From the IMG/VR virus record IMGVR_UViG_3300033146_001182, positions 1 through 64,000 of that record: DNA of 64,000 nt; one strand, 5' to 3'. The position numbers and the translations under genes were made by a program. The notes under the pieces are model-generated. The model was not told the origin of the DNA. It searched no databases and worked only from the letters and a program-made list of their open reading frames with translations. This DNA is from a virus. Shown one piece after another: positions 30,277 to 41,350 of the stretch (its first letter is position 1; each line of letters starts with the position of its first letter).

Positions 30277-30816
30277 TTATATTTCCTTGAATTTTATGAG
30301 TGTTTGTTTCATAAGATTTATACTATCATGTTGTCTTAAAATACTTGGCGGTAGAGACAAGACTGTTGGAATCACCACTTGATTTAATTTTGGTTTGATA
30401 ACTGTGCCATGTAGTTCAGTGATACCATTAAAATTACCTGTCAAATACTCCAAAGGGATGTTACCAAAAGCAATCATTTTTTTGGGTTTGACTATTTTTA
30501 AGTATTCATTGAACCAAATGTTACAAGTTGCCCTGTGTAATTGTGATGGTCTGTTATAACGCTTTGTTCTTTTGTTTATATCAGGAGAACATTGGACTAC
30601 ACTAATTTGTAGGAAATGTTCCTCCAACAATCCAAATCTCCCCGCCAATTTCCAAAACTCTTTCATAAAATCTGGTGTTTGTTTATATGGATATTCTGTT
30701 AACATAACATACTTTGTCATGCCACTCCATTTAGGACATATAACACCGTTTTTACTGATGTAACAAGTATTACATTTTTTCAATCGTTTGTCAATCTCTT
30801 CTAACTCTTCAATCAT
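30277..30816 (-). CDS. family-4 uracil-DNA glycosylase-like protein (degenerate motifs)
   Basis: CxxC, VVQCSP...C, IVKPKKMIAFGN, ITELHG. Confidence 0.7.
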   Translation of the reverse strand: MIEELEEIDKRLKKCNTCYISKNGVICPKWSGMTKYVMLTEYPYKQTPDFMKEFWKLAGRFGLLEEHFLQISVVQCSPDINKRTKRYNRPSQLHRATCNIWFNEYLKIVKPKKMIAFGNIPLEYLTGNFNGITELHGTVIKPKLNQVVIPTVLSLPPSILRQHDSINLMKQTLIKFKEI

Positions 30817-31012
30817 TTTTAATCTCTATAACTATCAACATAGTATTTTTCACCGTAATGATGTTTACCGTTATACAATTGAACTTTTCTACATAATGGG
30901 TTTGATAATCCCCCCATTGTACAGAAATGAAGATATGTTGTGGGAACATTTGATATTAATATTTCCCTTGTGATTGGTTTTATATGATTTTCACATGGAT
31001 TATTATACATTT

Positions 31013-31624
31013 TTAATCCCACCAAGAATAAAGATATTTATTGATGATATCGGTTAAATATTTAAGATCTTGTTTTTTAAGATATTCAGAATGTTTTGAC
31101 CATCGTAAGAATTCTTTACGCTCTTGTTCTTCAGTTTCTTCAGTTACATTAGGGCGATCAAATTTAGCTTCTTTGTAACCATCATTGTCAGAATCAATCC
31201 AATCAATACTCAATTCACCCCATTTTTTATCATGTGAACGAAAAGCCAATTCATGATAATCATCTTTTAAGATTCGATCTATAATCATCACGGCTTTATG
31301 AATTCTGTCGGCATCTTTTTCAGCATACAAATGAATGCCGTGATTACGAATAAATTTTTCCATCCGAGATAATTTTAGACGATTCATTTTTAACCAATAA
31401 TGATAATCCCAATCACGATCATTCCAAATAATTTTGAAATAAACAATTAGATTTTCAATTCCATATTTAAGATCATAAAATGGATAAGACCATTTCCGCA
31501 TATGATATTTCATTGATAAATAATATGTCCTTATATAATCTTTAATCGAATAACATACCTTGACTAGAGTTTTCATTATCAACCACCTCTTTTTCCAACA
31601 AAATTTGATATTGAGTAAATCCAA
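31013..31624 (-). CDS. hypothetical phage protein
   Basis: IIWNDRDWDY...WWD; start uncertain. Confidence 0.6.
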   Translation of the reverse strand: MDLLNIKFCWKKRWLIMKTLVKVCYSIKDYIRTYYLSMKYHMRKWSYPFYDLKYGIENLIVYFKIIWNDRDWDYHYWLKMNRLKLSRMEKFIRNHGIHLYAEKDADRIHKAVMIIDRILKDDYHELAFRSHDKKWGELSIDWIDSDNDGYKEAKFDRPNVTEETEEQERKEFLRWSKHSEYLKKQDLKYLTDIINKYLYSWWD

Positions 31625-31724
31625 TTACTCGCCAACCATCTTTTGATAGAACAAATAATTCCGTTTCTGTATCATATTTATTTTGTCGATTGTCCATAAT
31701 TTTATATTCATATTTCTTCATATC

Positions 31725-32954
31725 TTACCTCATTTCTTTAATTTTACAACGGGTCATAACCGTTTGTTTTACATCATTATATTCATTATGTTCTTTGATA
31801 GTTCCAGTTAACAGAAGTTGTTCCCCTTTATCAAACTCTCTGGCACTACTAGTTTTCCAAATTACGATGTTACCTTTACAAGTAACAAACTTGAGATAAC
31901 TAACATAACCATAAGAAGAATTGAAACCCCATTCATTGAGGAAAGTTACTGGAATATCTTTTACTCGTTCTTTAACTTCACCAAACCATTCCGATTTTTT
32001 TTCATCATTAACTTCACGATCTTTTTCTAATTTTTTCCGATAAGTTGAAATGAGTGAACACACCAAACCAAACTCTTTTTCTTCAATGTATTCACGATTA
32101 ACACAAACGGCACAATTGAAGAGATATTCATTCAGTTTTGGGTCATTCATATCTAAAGATTTCACCCAATCAATTACCTCTTTTGCGAACTCTTTATTTT
32201 TATCAGTAATATTTTTTGAAATTACATACAAATCAGGATGATAGTGGTTTAATTCATTATCAACAATGATTCTACTAACTTGAGTTGCCGTGTCAATTTC
32301 ACCACTATCACGAGCAACACTCCGACTAACCCAACCCAATTCATTAATAACAGCATCAGTAATTGCTAATACATCTTCAACTTTATATTCTGGTTTGAAC
32401 TCAACACCAATACCACCAAATCCACCAATCATTTCTTCTATATATTCAATGTATTTGGCGGAATTGACAATATAACTTGGGTCATTCTCACCTAAGAAAT
32501 CTTTAATACAAGTAGAACCGACCTGACGATATTCATCAGTATCGGGATTATGAAGAGTATATGTATTTTTACGAAATCTTTTAGTGTTACAATGTTCACA
32601 AACAGAAGGAATATCAACCAATTTTACACGGTCAATTTTTTCCTCATAATTTGGAAGAACCCGAACCTTATTACCTTTTTTCTCAACATCAACTCGTGAA
32701 TGTTCAACAACAGCAGCCAAGTTCCAACCTTTAACAATTGGAAACTCACCACTATAAGTAACAGGAACGAAAACTACATCCATTTCCTCAGTATGGTCAT
32801 AAAATGGAACTTCAACCTTTTTAATAACAATTTCATTCTTAAAGACCAAAAGTTCAGGAGCTTCCAAACCAAGTTTTTCAGCTTTTTTGACAGCCCTTTG
32901 AAACTTTTTCTTCAATTTTTCAAGGTTTTGACGAGGAATTAAAATCTTTTCCAT
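31725..32954 (-). CDS. early protein with Zn-binding motif and C-terminal OB-fold
   Basis: CEHC..RFRK...VGSTC; GTIKEHNEYNDVKQT. Confidence 0.7.
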   Translation of the reverse strand: MEKILIPRQNLEKLKKKFQRAVKKAEKLGLEAPELLVFKNEIVIKKVEVPFYDHTEEMDVVFVPVTYSGEFPIVKGWNLAAVVEHSRVDVEKKGNKVRVLPNYEEKIDRVKLVDIPSVCEHCNTKRFRKNTYTLHNPDTDEYRQVGSTCIKDFLGENDPSYIVNSAKYIEYIEEMIGGFGGIGVEFKPEYKVEDVLAITDAVINELGWVSRSVARDSGEIDTATQVSRIIVDNELNHYHPDLYVISKNITDKNKEFAKEVIDWVKSLDMNDPKLNEYLFNCAVCVNREYIEEKEFGLVCSLISTYRKKLEKDREVNDEKKSEWFGEVKERVKDIPVTFLNEWGFNSSYGYVSYLKFVTCKGNIVIWKTSSAREFDKGEQLLLTGTIKEHNEYNDVKQTVMTRCKIKEMR

Positions 32955-32973
32955 GATAAATCTCCGAAAAAAA

Positions 32974-33026
32974 GGGTTATCACCAACTCACAAATCTATT
33001 ATAAAACAATTACCAAATAAAGTCAA
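32974..33026 (-). promoter_or_regulatory. sigma70-type early promoter plus conserved leader (copy 4)
   Basis: TTGACT-17-TATAAT then TTGTGAGTTGGTGATAACCC. Confidence 0.85.
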
Positions 33027-33030
33027 TCTT

Positions 33031-33378
33031 TTATTCAGTTCTTTCATATTTTATCTTTAATGTTTCTTTTAATAGATTTTCGTGGACTGATTCTCTAGTC
33101 GCACCATATTGAGTGAAAACTAAAATCCCATATATAAAGAATAATGTTGTTGGATATCTATCAATATTAAATTCTTTTTTGAACTTTTTATTTTTATCAC
33201 CATCTATTTCATAATACTTTACTTTTTCGCCATTGTAAAGATTGAATTTTTTTTCCCATTTTTTATATCGTGGCTTCAATAACTTACAAGGTCCACACCA
33301 TTTCGCATGAACTTTTACTATTGCAATTCTATCATTATCAATTGTTTTATATGTTGAATCTGTCAATACTTTTACCAT
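33031..33378 (-). CDS. thioredoxin
   Basis: WCGPC; YPT cis-Pro motif. Confidence 0.9.
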   Translation of the reverse strand: MVKVLTDSTYKTIDNDRIAIVKVHAKWCGPCKLLKPRYKKWEKKFNLYNGEKVKYYEIDGDKNKKFKKEFNIDRYPTTLFFIYGILVFTQYGATRESVHENLLKETLKIKYERTE

Positions 33379-34751
33379 TATTCCCCACTTTGAACATGTA
33401 ATTCTCGTTCATCCCCTGAACTTTCAATATCACTCATCCACAAATCCATTTCAGATGAACAATACATTTTCATTGATCTACCATCATAAAAGAACTTATC
33501 CATTTCTCCTACTCTACCTCCAAAACGATTTTTTACAATTTTCCAATGAACCTCATTTTTATAAATCATATGTTCATCATCAGCACCCATAATCATCATA
33601 AAATCTGCTGTTGCAGGAACACCCATTGATTCAGCAATACTATTAAAATCAACATCACCAAATGACATAAAAGTTCCTGATCTATTCAACTGTGATACAG
33701 ATACCATTGGAATATCAAATTCAAATCCCATTGCTCGTGTTTCTTCTGCAATTGATTTTACTGTTCCATATGAATTATCACTACCTTTATTATCTTCTGC
33801 TGACATTAAGTTAAGATAATCAAAAAAGAAAATATCAATATCAATTCCTCTTAACTTTAATTCTCTTACCCAAGCTCTAAAATCTTTAACAGAGGCTTTA
33901 CCTGTAGGAAAGGATTTAATATATAATTGTCCTCTACCTTCTGTTGCTTTAGTTTCTCTTAATTTTTGTGTTAATTGTTGTTGTAATCTTTGATTGAAAT
34001 AAAATCTATTAATATCCAATTTTGAATAGATACCATCAAATCGTTGAGCAAACATATCTTCACTCATTTCCAATGATGCTAATGCTACATTTTTTCCATT
34101 TAATACTTGTCTGGCAATCATATTTGCCATAACATTGGACTTAAAACCATGAACTTTTGCAACGAACACACTTAATGTTTTTGGTGGGAAACCTCCATTA
34201 ATATATTCATCAAACACTGGAAAATATGTTGGTACTCGTTGGGTATCATCAGTAAACATTCTGTGTAATCTTGGACCCAAATCACCGAAATAATTCAACC
34301 CTAAATCTACATCTAATGTTCTACATAATGCTTCTTCAACAAGATTTCTAATTTCATGTGTATTATCACCATCCTCAATAACATCAACAGATCGTCTGAT
34401 TGCATCTTTAATGGCTTTATCACGCAGATACAAATCAGTTTGTTCCATCAACCAATCACGATGTTGTGTTATATTGATATCCATATTGTCAATTTCAGAA
34501 AGATAACTTCTCATATCTTCCCTAATATCAGCTGGAACATTATTAATCATTAAATCTTTAGATGGGATGGTTTTATGTTGTTCAAAATATTGTTTTACGA
34601 ATGTAAATATTTCTCTAACAACAGGGGAATCAAAGTAATCTTCTTCAAATACTCTAATTACAGTTACAATAAAATCTTTATCTTCTAATAAGGCTTTTGC
34701 AACAACTTGTTCTAAATACTCAATGTTATCGGTTAATGTGGCTTCTGTCAA
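33378..34751 (-). CDS. 41: replicative helicase (T4 gp41-like, DnaB family)
   Basis: Variant Walker A AKVHGFKS, SLEM, DYLNL, SQLNRSG, KNRFG. Confidence 0.9.
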   Translation of the reverse strand: MTEATLTDNIEYLEQVVAKALLEDKDFIVTVIRVFEEDYFDSPVVREIFTFVKQYFEQHKTIPSKDLMINNVPADIREDMRSYLSEIDNMDINITQHRDWLMEQTDLYLRDKAIKDAIRRSVDVIEDGDNTHEIRNLVEEALCRTLDVDLGLNYFGDLGPRLHRMFTDDTQRVPTYFPVFDEYINGGFPPKTLSVFVAKVHGFKSNVMANMIARQVLNGKNVALASLEMSEDMFAQRFDGIYSKLDINRFYFNQRLQQQLTQKLRETKATEGRGQLYIKSFPTGKASVKDFRAWVRELKLRGIDIDIFFFDYLNLMSAEDNKGSDNSYGTVKSIAEETRAMGFEFDIPMVSVSQLNRSGTFMSFGDVDFNSIAESMGVPATADFMMIMGADDEHMIYKNEVHWKIVKNRFGGRVGEMDKFFYDGRSMKMYCSSEMDLWMSDIESSGDERELHVQSGE

Positions 34752-34819
34752 ATCTCATTTCTCCTAATTTATTATTGAGATAGAATACCAGATATTATAT
34801 CAAATGTCAATATGGGTGA

Positions 34820-35116
34820 ATGTTTACATATAAGGTATTTTGTGATAATATTTCTGTTATGAATAATAAACAAAAATTAAAACAATTATTTGATGAATAT
34901 TGTAAAACTAATAATCCTAAAACTCTTGATATGATTAAGATTTTATGTGATATACCTTTATCTATCAAGATTCCTATTAAAATTGTAATGGAAACAGCAG
35001 TAAGAAAAATGAATACAGATGAAATGGACATACCAGAAGATCGTATAGAAAAAAATGATATTGAAGATATTAAAGATATTCTTGGTATTGATTTAAAGGA
35101 TTTATTCAAAATATGA
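34820..35116 (+). CDS. hypothetical protein
   Basis: Overlaps next gene (ATGA); start may be MNNKQK. Confidence 0.55.
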   Translation: MFTYKVFCDNISVMNNKQKLKQLFDEYCKTNNPKTLDMIKILCDIPLSIKIPIKIVMETAVRKMNTDEMDIPEDRIEKNDIEDIKDILGIDLKDLFKI

Positions 35117-35604
35117 GTGACGAAAAAGATTATTCGGAATTATTAAGAGGTTATAATACAGAAACAAAATCAGTCATTGAAAAAATTAGAGATGAATTGA
35201 ATGAAGATGTATTATTTGGAAAATTAGAAGAACAATATAATGTTTATGATATTTTGATGTTCAATGAATTCACTATAAAAGAACGGTTAGAACGAAATGC
35301 CTTTCATTATAAAGATTTTCGACTAAAATATCTACAAGAAATGGCTAAATACGAACAGGTAAAAGAACATCTTGAAAAGAAAATTGGTGAAAAATATCAA
35401 ATACTTAAAGAAGGTTCTGTTAAATTAACAAAAACTGAAATTGAGAAATATTATTTACCAAAAGATGAAGAATTACTTAAATTAAAGTCATTGGTCAGAA
35501 AACAAGAAATCAGAGCAAATTACTTTCAAGCTGTTTGTGATGCCTTTGATAAACAAGGATGGGCAATGAAAAACTTTATAGAAAATCAAAAAGGTGGTTT
35601 CTGA
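35113..35604 (+). CDS. uvsY: recombination mediator UvsY-like
   Basis: Helical; KQGWAMKNFIE C-terminus; directly upstream of uvsW. Confidence 0.7.
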   Translation: MSDEKDYSELLRGYNTETKSVIEKIRDELNEDVLFGKLEEQYNVYDILMFNEFTIKERLERNAFHYKDFRLKYLQEMAKYEQVKEHLEKKIGEKYQILKEGSVKLTKTEIEKYYLPKDEELLKLKSLVRKQEIRANYFQAVCDAFDKQGWAMKNFIENQKGGF

Positions 35605-35609
35605 TATAA

Positions 35610-37055
35610 ATGATTAACTTTGTATTACATGATTCTTTACATATTAAAATTGATACTGAAAATTGGGATTACTATAGAGCAGTAAAAGATTACTTTAGTT
35701 ATTATAAACCTAATTATAAGTTTATGCCAAGATATAAAGCAGGTCTATGGGATGGTAAAATATCATTGTTTAATGGTTATAATCAAACTATTCCATATGG
35801 ATTGATGTTAGACTTATTGAAATATCATAAAAAAGAATGGTCAGATGTTCCATATTCTTTATCTGATGAAGTAAAACAACTATTTAATGGGATACCACCT
35901 GTATATAAAAAAGATTTATTATTTGAACCATATGATTATCAAGATGATTGTATTTCTGCTTGTCTAAAAACATCAAAAGGTATCATTAGGTCTGCAACAG
36001 CATCAGGTAAAAGTATTATGATCTCATATGTATTAAGAACATTATGGGAATCAGGTCAAATTGAAAATGCTATTATTATTGTGCCTTCAATTGGATTGGT
36101 TACTCAGTTTTATACAGATATGGAAGATTATGGTATTGATATGAAATTAATAGGTAGAGTTGGTGATGATTGGAGAGAATGGGAAAAACCAATTGTCATA
36201 TCAACATGGCAATCATTACAAAATGTTCCTGAACAAATGAATAGAATGGATGTTGTTGTGGTTGATGAAGTTCATGGTGCAAAAGCTGATGTTTTATCTG
36301 GATTATTACAACAAGCAACTAGAGCAAGATTTAGATATGGATTTACTGGAACAATGCCTAGTTCACCATTAGAACAAAATCAAATTAAATCTTATTTAGG
36401 TCCTGTATTGAGAGAATATGGTAGTGTAGAATTAGCTAAACTTGGTTATGTTGCAAAATGTATTATTAATATGGTTTATATTAATTATGATGAAAAACCT
36501 AAAGGTAATTATAATGAAGTTAAAGATCAATGTTTTAATAATATTTTTAGATTAGGTATTATTAAAAATATTATTCTTAAAACAGATGATAACATATTAT
36601 TATTAGTAGGAAAAGTAGAAGATGAAGGTGAAATGTTAAAAGAATTGTTGATTGATGATCCTTTGTTTGAAAAATATGAAATTGAATTTTTATCAGGTAA
36701 AGATGATGGAACTGAAAGAGAAAAATGGCGTAAATATATGGATACAAGTAATAATACTATTCTTATCGCTACTTATGGTATTTTTCAACAAGGTATTAAC
36801 ATTAAGTCTTTATCTAATTTAATACTTGCATCACCATTCAAAAGTAAAGTTAGAGTTTTACAATCCATTGGTAGAACATTAAGATTACATGCAGATAAAA
36901 AGAATGGTGCTGTTATATGGGATATTTGTGATAGAGTTAAATATCTTGATAAACATGCTGATACAAGAATGAAACATTATTCTATTGAAGGGTTTGAAGT
37001 AGTAGACCATGAATTAGTAGAAGGGAATATATACGAAAACACCCTATTTGACTAG
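35610..37055 (+). CDS. uvsW: SF2 DNA helicase UvsW
   Basis: WDGKISLF, ATASGKS, DEVH, TGT, QSIGRTLR. Confidence 0.92.
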   Translation: MINFVLHDSLHIKIDTENWDYYRAVKDYFSYYKPNYKFMPRYKAGLWDGKISLFNGYNQTIPYGLMLDLLKYHKKEWSDVPYSLSDEVKQLFNGIPPVYKKDLLFEPYDYQDDCISACLKTSKGIIRSATASGKSIMISYVLRTLWESGQIENAIIIVPSIGLVTQFYTDMEDYGIDMKLIGRVGDDWREWEKPIVISTWQSLQNVPEQMNRMDVVVVDEVHGAKADVLSGLLQQATRARFRYGFTGTMPSSPLEQNQIKSYLGPVLREYGSVELAKLGYVAKCIINMVYINYDEKPKGNYNEVKDQCFNNIFRLGIIKNIILKTDDNILLLVGKVEDEGEMLKELLIDDPLFEKYEIEFLSGKDDGTEREKWRKYMDTSNNTILIATYGIFQQGINIKSLSNLILASPFKSKVRVLQSIGRTLRLHADKKNGAVIWDICDRVKYLDKHADTRMKHYSIEGFEVVDHELVEGNIYENTLFD

Positions 37056-37062
37056 GGTGTTT
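37037..37062. terminator. hairpin between convergent genes
   Basis: AAACACCCTA...TAGGGTGTTT. Confidence 0.65.
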
Positions 37063-37071
37063 AGTAATTCA

Positions 37072-39282
37072 TTAATTTTGACCAACATAAGGTCCTTTAT
37101 GTAATTTCAAATATTTTTCTCGTCCAATAGCATCAACAACTTCAGCATCTTTGGATGATCTTAATTGTTTCAAAACACCATTTGCAGTTTTCCTTGAAAC
37201 AACCGTACTTCTTGGTGTGTCAAATGGGGAATAAATCCACTCGTATTGATTTTTTTGTCCTTTTATTTTATGTAATACCTTTCCATCAGGTTGAACAAGT
37301 AACCATACATTAGCAGTAGATTCATTCAACATCACATCAATCCTTTCTAATATATCCATTTAATGTTTCCATCCTCCCGCATTTTTAGCAAATTGAGCCA
37401 TTTTTCTTACATGTGGATCATCACTATTAAGACCCTTTTGAATATCAGCATCAGTAATAGGTTCATCTTCATCTTTACCTAACCATTGATGAAATGCACC
37501 TTTTTTTAATTTTAATTTCATTTTTTCTAAAATATATTTTTCTACTACTTCATCAATACTCATAATTTCAATCCTTTTAGTGGTTTTACCCAACCTTCAC
37601 CACTCTTTTGATCTGAAAACCCTGTAAATTCTGTTTTTCCTGCTTCTGGAAAATAATTCGGATTGTTTGGCATTTCAACACTCGAATCTTTTTCAAGCCA
37701 ATGATACGCTCCTTCGGGTGTTTTCCCTAAATATTTCGCCCATTTTGGGGCATCTTTTAGAATTGGTTTGCCTACAGTAACCTTAACTTTTAATTTTCTA
37801 CCTAATTTGTTTAATATTGTACCCTCACTAATATATTTTCCTACTACTTCATCAATATTCATAGTATACCTCAACTAATATACATGTTCAATTCAAAACG
37901 ACCTTCATCACCATAAATCTGAACATGTAACATCTTTTTTTGTTCTTTGTTATTTTTATATAACTTCAAATCAAATTTATTAGTTTTTCCATTTGTCGGT
38001 TTCTTTGGACCTCGTCCAATTTCATCAAACATTTGTGAACCAATATTTTCTTTATCGGATTCATCATCTAATGTATATCCATTTTTCTTTACAAACTTCT
38101 CAATCTCTGATACAGCATCAGAATATGATTTGTGATAAATCTCATAATCTTTTTTACCTTCATTTAGATATTTTTCTAATTTCATGATGATCTCCTAATA
38201 TTTATTCCTTAATAATTTCTTTTCCCAAGGTCCATATGTCTTGAATTCAGTAACTTTTCTACTCATTTCTTCATATGTATAACAGTATACATTTTTTTTA
38301 TCAATTTGTCCAATTTCATAATACATCTTTTTTGGAAGTTTAATTGGTATTGTTTCATCTATAACAATTTGATTATCCTCCACCCAAGCATGAGTATAAA
38401 CGATACCTTCTATATTTCCTTGTCCTGTTACCAATCCATGACACAATTTTAATCTTTTACTTTTGTGTGACATCATATAATTCAATGCAACTTGAAAACA
38501 ATCTCCACCTTGATTTGCATCAGGAATATCATCATGATAACCAAAGCCTTCAAATAATCTAAGAAATCTTGAATATCTCATTACTTTTCCACCACAAAAG
38601 CTGTTTTCTTTCCATCTTTTTTCTTGGAAAACTCCATCCCCAAAGAATCAGCAATATCAATCAATGACAATGTGAGATCATCATTTGGTAAATATGTCAA
38701 GACAACCTCATCATCATAATTAGTTATATTAACATCAGCTTTAATACTTTTTAATTTTAACTGTTTATTTTTTGCCATCAATATTGACTTTGATAACATT
38801 TTACGATCATTTGATGATAATACTTCTTCATTGATGATTTCTGTATCTCCAATCCATGATGTAATTTTTTCAGTAATATCCATAGTTTCCTCTTTATCAT
38901 TACTTAATTTTTCTTCTTGATCAACTTCACCATCCTTAAAAGCGTCTTCTTTATCAGGGGATAATTCATGTCTTTTACCAGAAGTATGTTTCCATAATCT
39001 ATCACCTAAAATACTTTTAAGACTATCTAATGTATCTGAATATGAATCATCAGAACCCATACCTATAGAATGTTCAAATTCATCGTAATTCCAATTTTCA
39101 TCTTTATCAGCGGCAGGAACATACTTTATGGTTGAACCTGTCAATCTATTTGTTACCAATTCTGGAACATATTTATCACCAAATACTGTTGTTCCTGTTG
39201 GCAAATCATCATCGGAAGCAGGTCCTGTTGAACCATCATCTGGATATCCACCTGTTACAGTAGTCTCAAATATATTCTTCAT
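37072..39282 (-). other. run of six small late hypothetical CDSs (37072-37359, 37360-37563, 37560-37862, 37871-38185, 38195-38581, 38581-39282), probable internal head proteins
   Basis: Tightly coupled ORFs, each with an N-terminal [LI]xE signature. Confidence 0.65.
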
Positions 39283-40013
39283 TAATAACTATACCATCCT
39301 TTTACTTTTTGTTTGATATTTTCTTTACTAATATCATTTGTATTTTCAAGATACTTTCCATTATTATTTATAAGTTCTTGAATAATATCTTGCCCATATA
39401 AGTTTTTTATTGGAGCAGAAAAGAAAGTATTTGTTTTTGAATATAATTTAGATACAACTTTATCAGTTAATTCACCATCATTGTTGTTAACTTCTAAAAA
39501 CCAATCAAATTCACTTTTGTAATAAGGTTTTAATCTATTAATTTTTTCCCATGTTTCAACAATAAAATCAACAGGAACATGTCTACCAATTCGTTTTTCT
39601 CTTTCTTCAGCACGAGCAATTGCTGCATCTAAATCAGTATTTACCCATAACATACCAGTATCATAACCATATGCCTCTAATATACCTTGTCTTGATTTGA
39701 CATCACTTGTCTTTGACGATGTTCCATCAATCCATAAAGGTAATAAACTATTAATATATAATGTTAACTGATTGGCAGATATTCTTTTAATATCATCTTT
39801 GAAAAAATCCCATTGTCCTTTTGCACCTGCACCTAGAAACTCCACCCAAGTATCAGTGTTTACAACTCTTGGTTCAACACCACCACTTAATTTCTTTCTA
39901 ACAAATGACTTACCAGCACCTGGAGTTCCTGCTAAAAATATCGCTTTTAATATACCCTTATCGTTAATACTTTCTGTTAACATATAATTTTCAAATTTCA
40001 TCATGTTCCCCAT
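39282..40013 (-). CDS. P-loop kinase (zeta-toxin/AAA_33-like)
   Basis: LAGTPGAGKS, VNTD, WIDGT, AIARAEER. Confidence 0.75.
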   Translation of the reverse strand: MGNMMKFENYMLTESINDKGILKAIFLAGTPGAGKSFVRKKLSGGVEPRVVNTDTWVEFLGAGAKGQWDFFKDDIKRISANQLTLYINSLLPLWIDGTSSKTSDVKSRQGILEAYGYDTGMLWVNTDLDAAIARAEEREKRIGRHVPVDFIVETWEKINRLKPYYKSEFDWFLEVNNNDGELTDKVVSKLYSKTNTFFSAPIKNLYGQDIIQELINNNGKYLENTNDISKENIKQKVKGWYSY

Positions 40014-40335
40014 TTAATTTGTTCGGATATCTTATATCACCCATTTGCCATCTTCCTAATGGTATGAACTTAATTATTCCTTCTGAATTTCTTATAAAAA
40101 TCCCCATTAGTGATATTTCTTCTATTACACCTTCAAATCCATCATATATTATTAATGTTCTTTTTGAAAATAAATCAGAAAACCTTAACCTTACATATAT
40201 TGCAATATTTTTAGTAATATTAACAATCATATTCATAATTATTAATAATATTATACCTTTAAGAAATATACTATATAATTCTGGAGCAATTTCATTTAAC
40301 AATTGCATTATTTGATCGGCTAATTGTGTTTCCAT
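39991..40335 (-). CDS. MscS-like small membrane protein
   Basis: TM helix then EGVIEEISL...IKFIP beta domain. Confidence 0.55.
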   Translation of the reverse strand: METQLADQIMQLLNEIAPELYSIFLKGIILLIIMNMIVNITKNIAIYVRLRFSDLFSKRTLIIYDGFEGVIEEISLMGIFIRNSEGIIKFIPLGRWQMGDIRYPNKLNGEHDEI

Positions 40336-40755
40336 TTAATCAATCTCAATAATTTTTATTTGTTTTCCTTCAACAACAACATGTTCTGTTCCTGTTTTTG
40401 GTATATGTTTACCTTTCGGCAAAAATGTTATTAATTTAATATTACCTTGTGGGTCAATTGTACTTACAAATCCTTGTTTAAGACTTCTTGACCAAAATAA
40501 AATCTCTTCACCAGTATGAACACCCAATTCAATAGCTTTTTCAATAGCTTCTTTGAATAATCTTTTCAAATCTTCAACCGATAATTTATTTCGTTGAATT
40601 ATTCTCTCCAACCCATGTGCAGTATTAATAATCCATTTATTTTTCCAAAAATATAAAAACTTACTACCCATACTTAATACATTATCAAGAACACCTTCTG
40701 ATATATGCTTCTGAGAAACCTTTTCAGTTAATATAAATTCAATAAATGATTTCAT
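40336..40755 (-). CDS. hypothetical protein, possible RelE/BECR-like RNase
   Basis: TAHGLERIIQR...LITF; N-terminus MKSFIEFILTEK. Confidence 0.45.
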   Translation of the reverse strand: MKSFIEFILTEKVSQKHISEGVLDNVLSMGSKFLYFWKNKWIINTAHGLERIIQRNKLSVEDLKRLFKEAIEKAIELGVHTGEEILFWSRSLKQGFVSTIDPQGNIKLITFLPKGKHIPKTGTEHVVVEGKQIKIIEID

Positions 40756-41048
40756 AAAATTAATCCTACATCACGTTTTGATAATTCAATCTTATACTTC
40801 TTTTTCATGAAATCTCGAAGTTCTTTTCGAATTTTATCAACTTCTTTCATGAATTTAATTTTTTGACCTGGAGCCATACCTTTTGAATGCTTATCATAAT
40901 AATTTTTAATCAACTTCGCACAAGATTTTGCTTGTTCTTTAGTTTTACAACTCTTTATAGATTTTTGAACTTTTTCTAAATCCTGTTCACGATTTTTATC
41001 TTCACCTTCGTTAATTTCAATATATTTTTCAACAATATCTTCAATCAT
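40752..41048 (-). CDS. hypothetical basic protein
   Basis: N-terminus MIEDIVEKYIEINEG. Confidence 0.6.
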   Translation of the reverse strand: MIEDIVEKYIEINEGEDKNREQDLEKVQKSIKSCKTKEQAKSCAKLIKNYYDKHSKGMAPGQKIKFMKEVDKIRKELRDFMKKKYKIELSKRDVGLIL

Positions 41049-41350
41049 TTGTTCTTCTCCTCGTGACGTTTTGTTTGTTTTTCATAACATAAAATAGCAT
41101 CAGATAACCCATTATTATATGTTTTCATTTTTTGTGCATTACCTATCAATATATTTATGTTATATGCACTACCTAAATGACTGTTTGGGTCAAGTTCTAC
41201 ATAATTAGGTTTATTAGGAACAGTACAAGGATTATATACATATACTGTTTTTATGATCACCTTTGGTTCAGGTGGAATCGGTTTAGGACATCCACTAATT
41301 ATTAAAGATATCATTAAGACGATTAACAGCATCAATACTCTTTTCATCAT
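41045..41350 (-). CDS. o-spanin (outer membrane lipoprotein)
   Basis: Signal peptide with lipobox IISGC, Pro-rich linker, overlaps i-spanin 3' end. Confidence 0.75.
   Translation of the reverse strand: MMKRVLMLLIVLMISLIISGCPKPIPPEPKVIIKTVYVYNPCTVPNKPNYVELDPNSHLGSAYNINILIGNAQKMKTYNNGLSDAILCYEKQTKRHEEKNK

Noticed and set aside
34726-34758. Short out-of-frame ORF (MRFDRSHINR) at the helicase start
   Set aside because: Its ATG is only 2 nt from the SD, while the helicase TTG has normal spacing.
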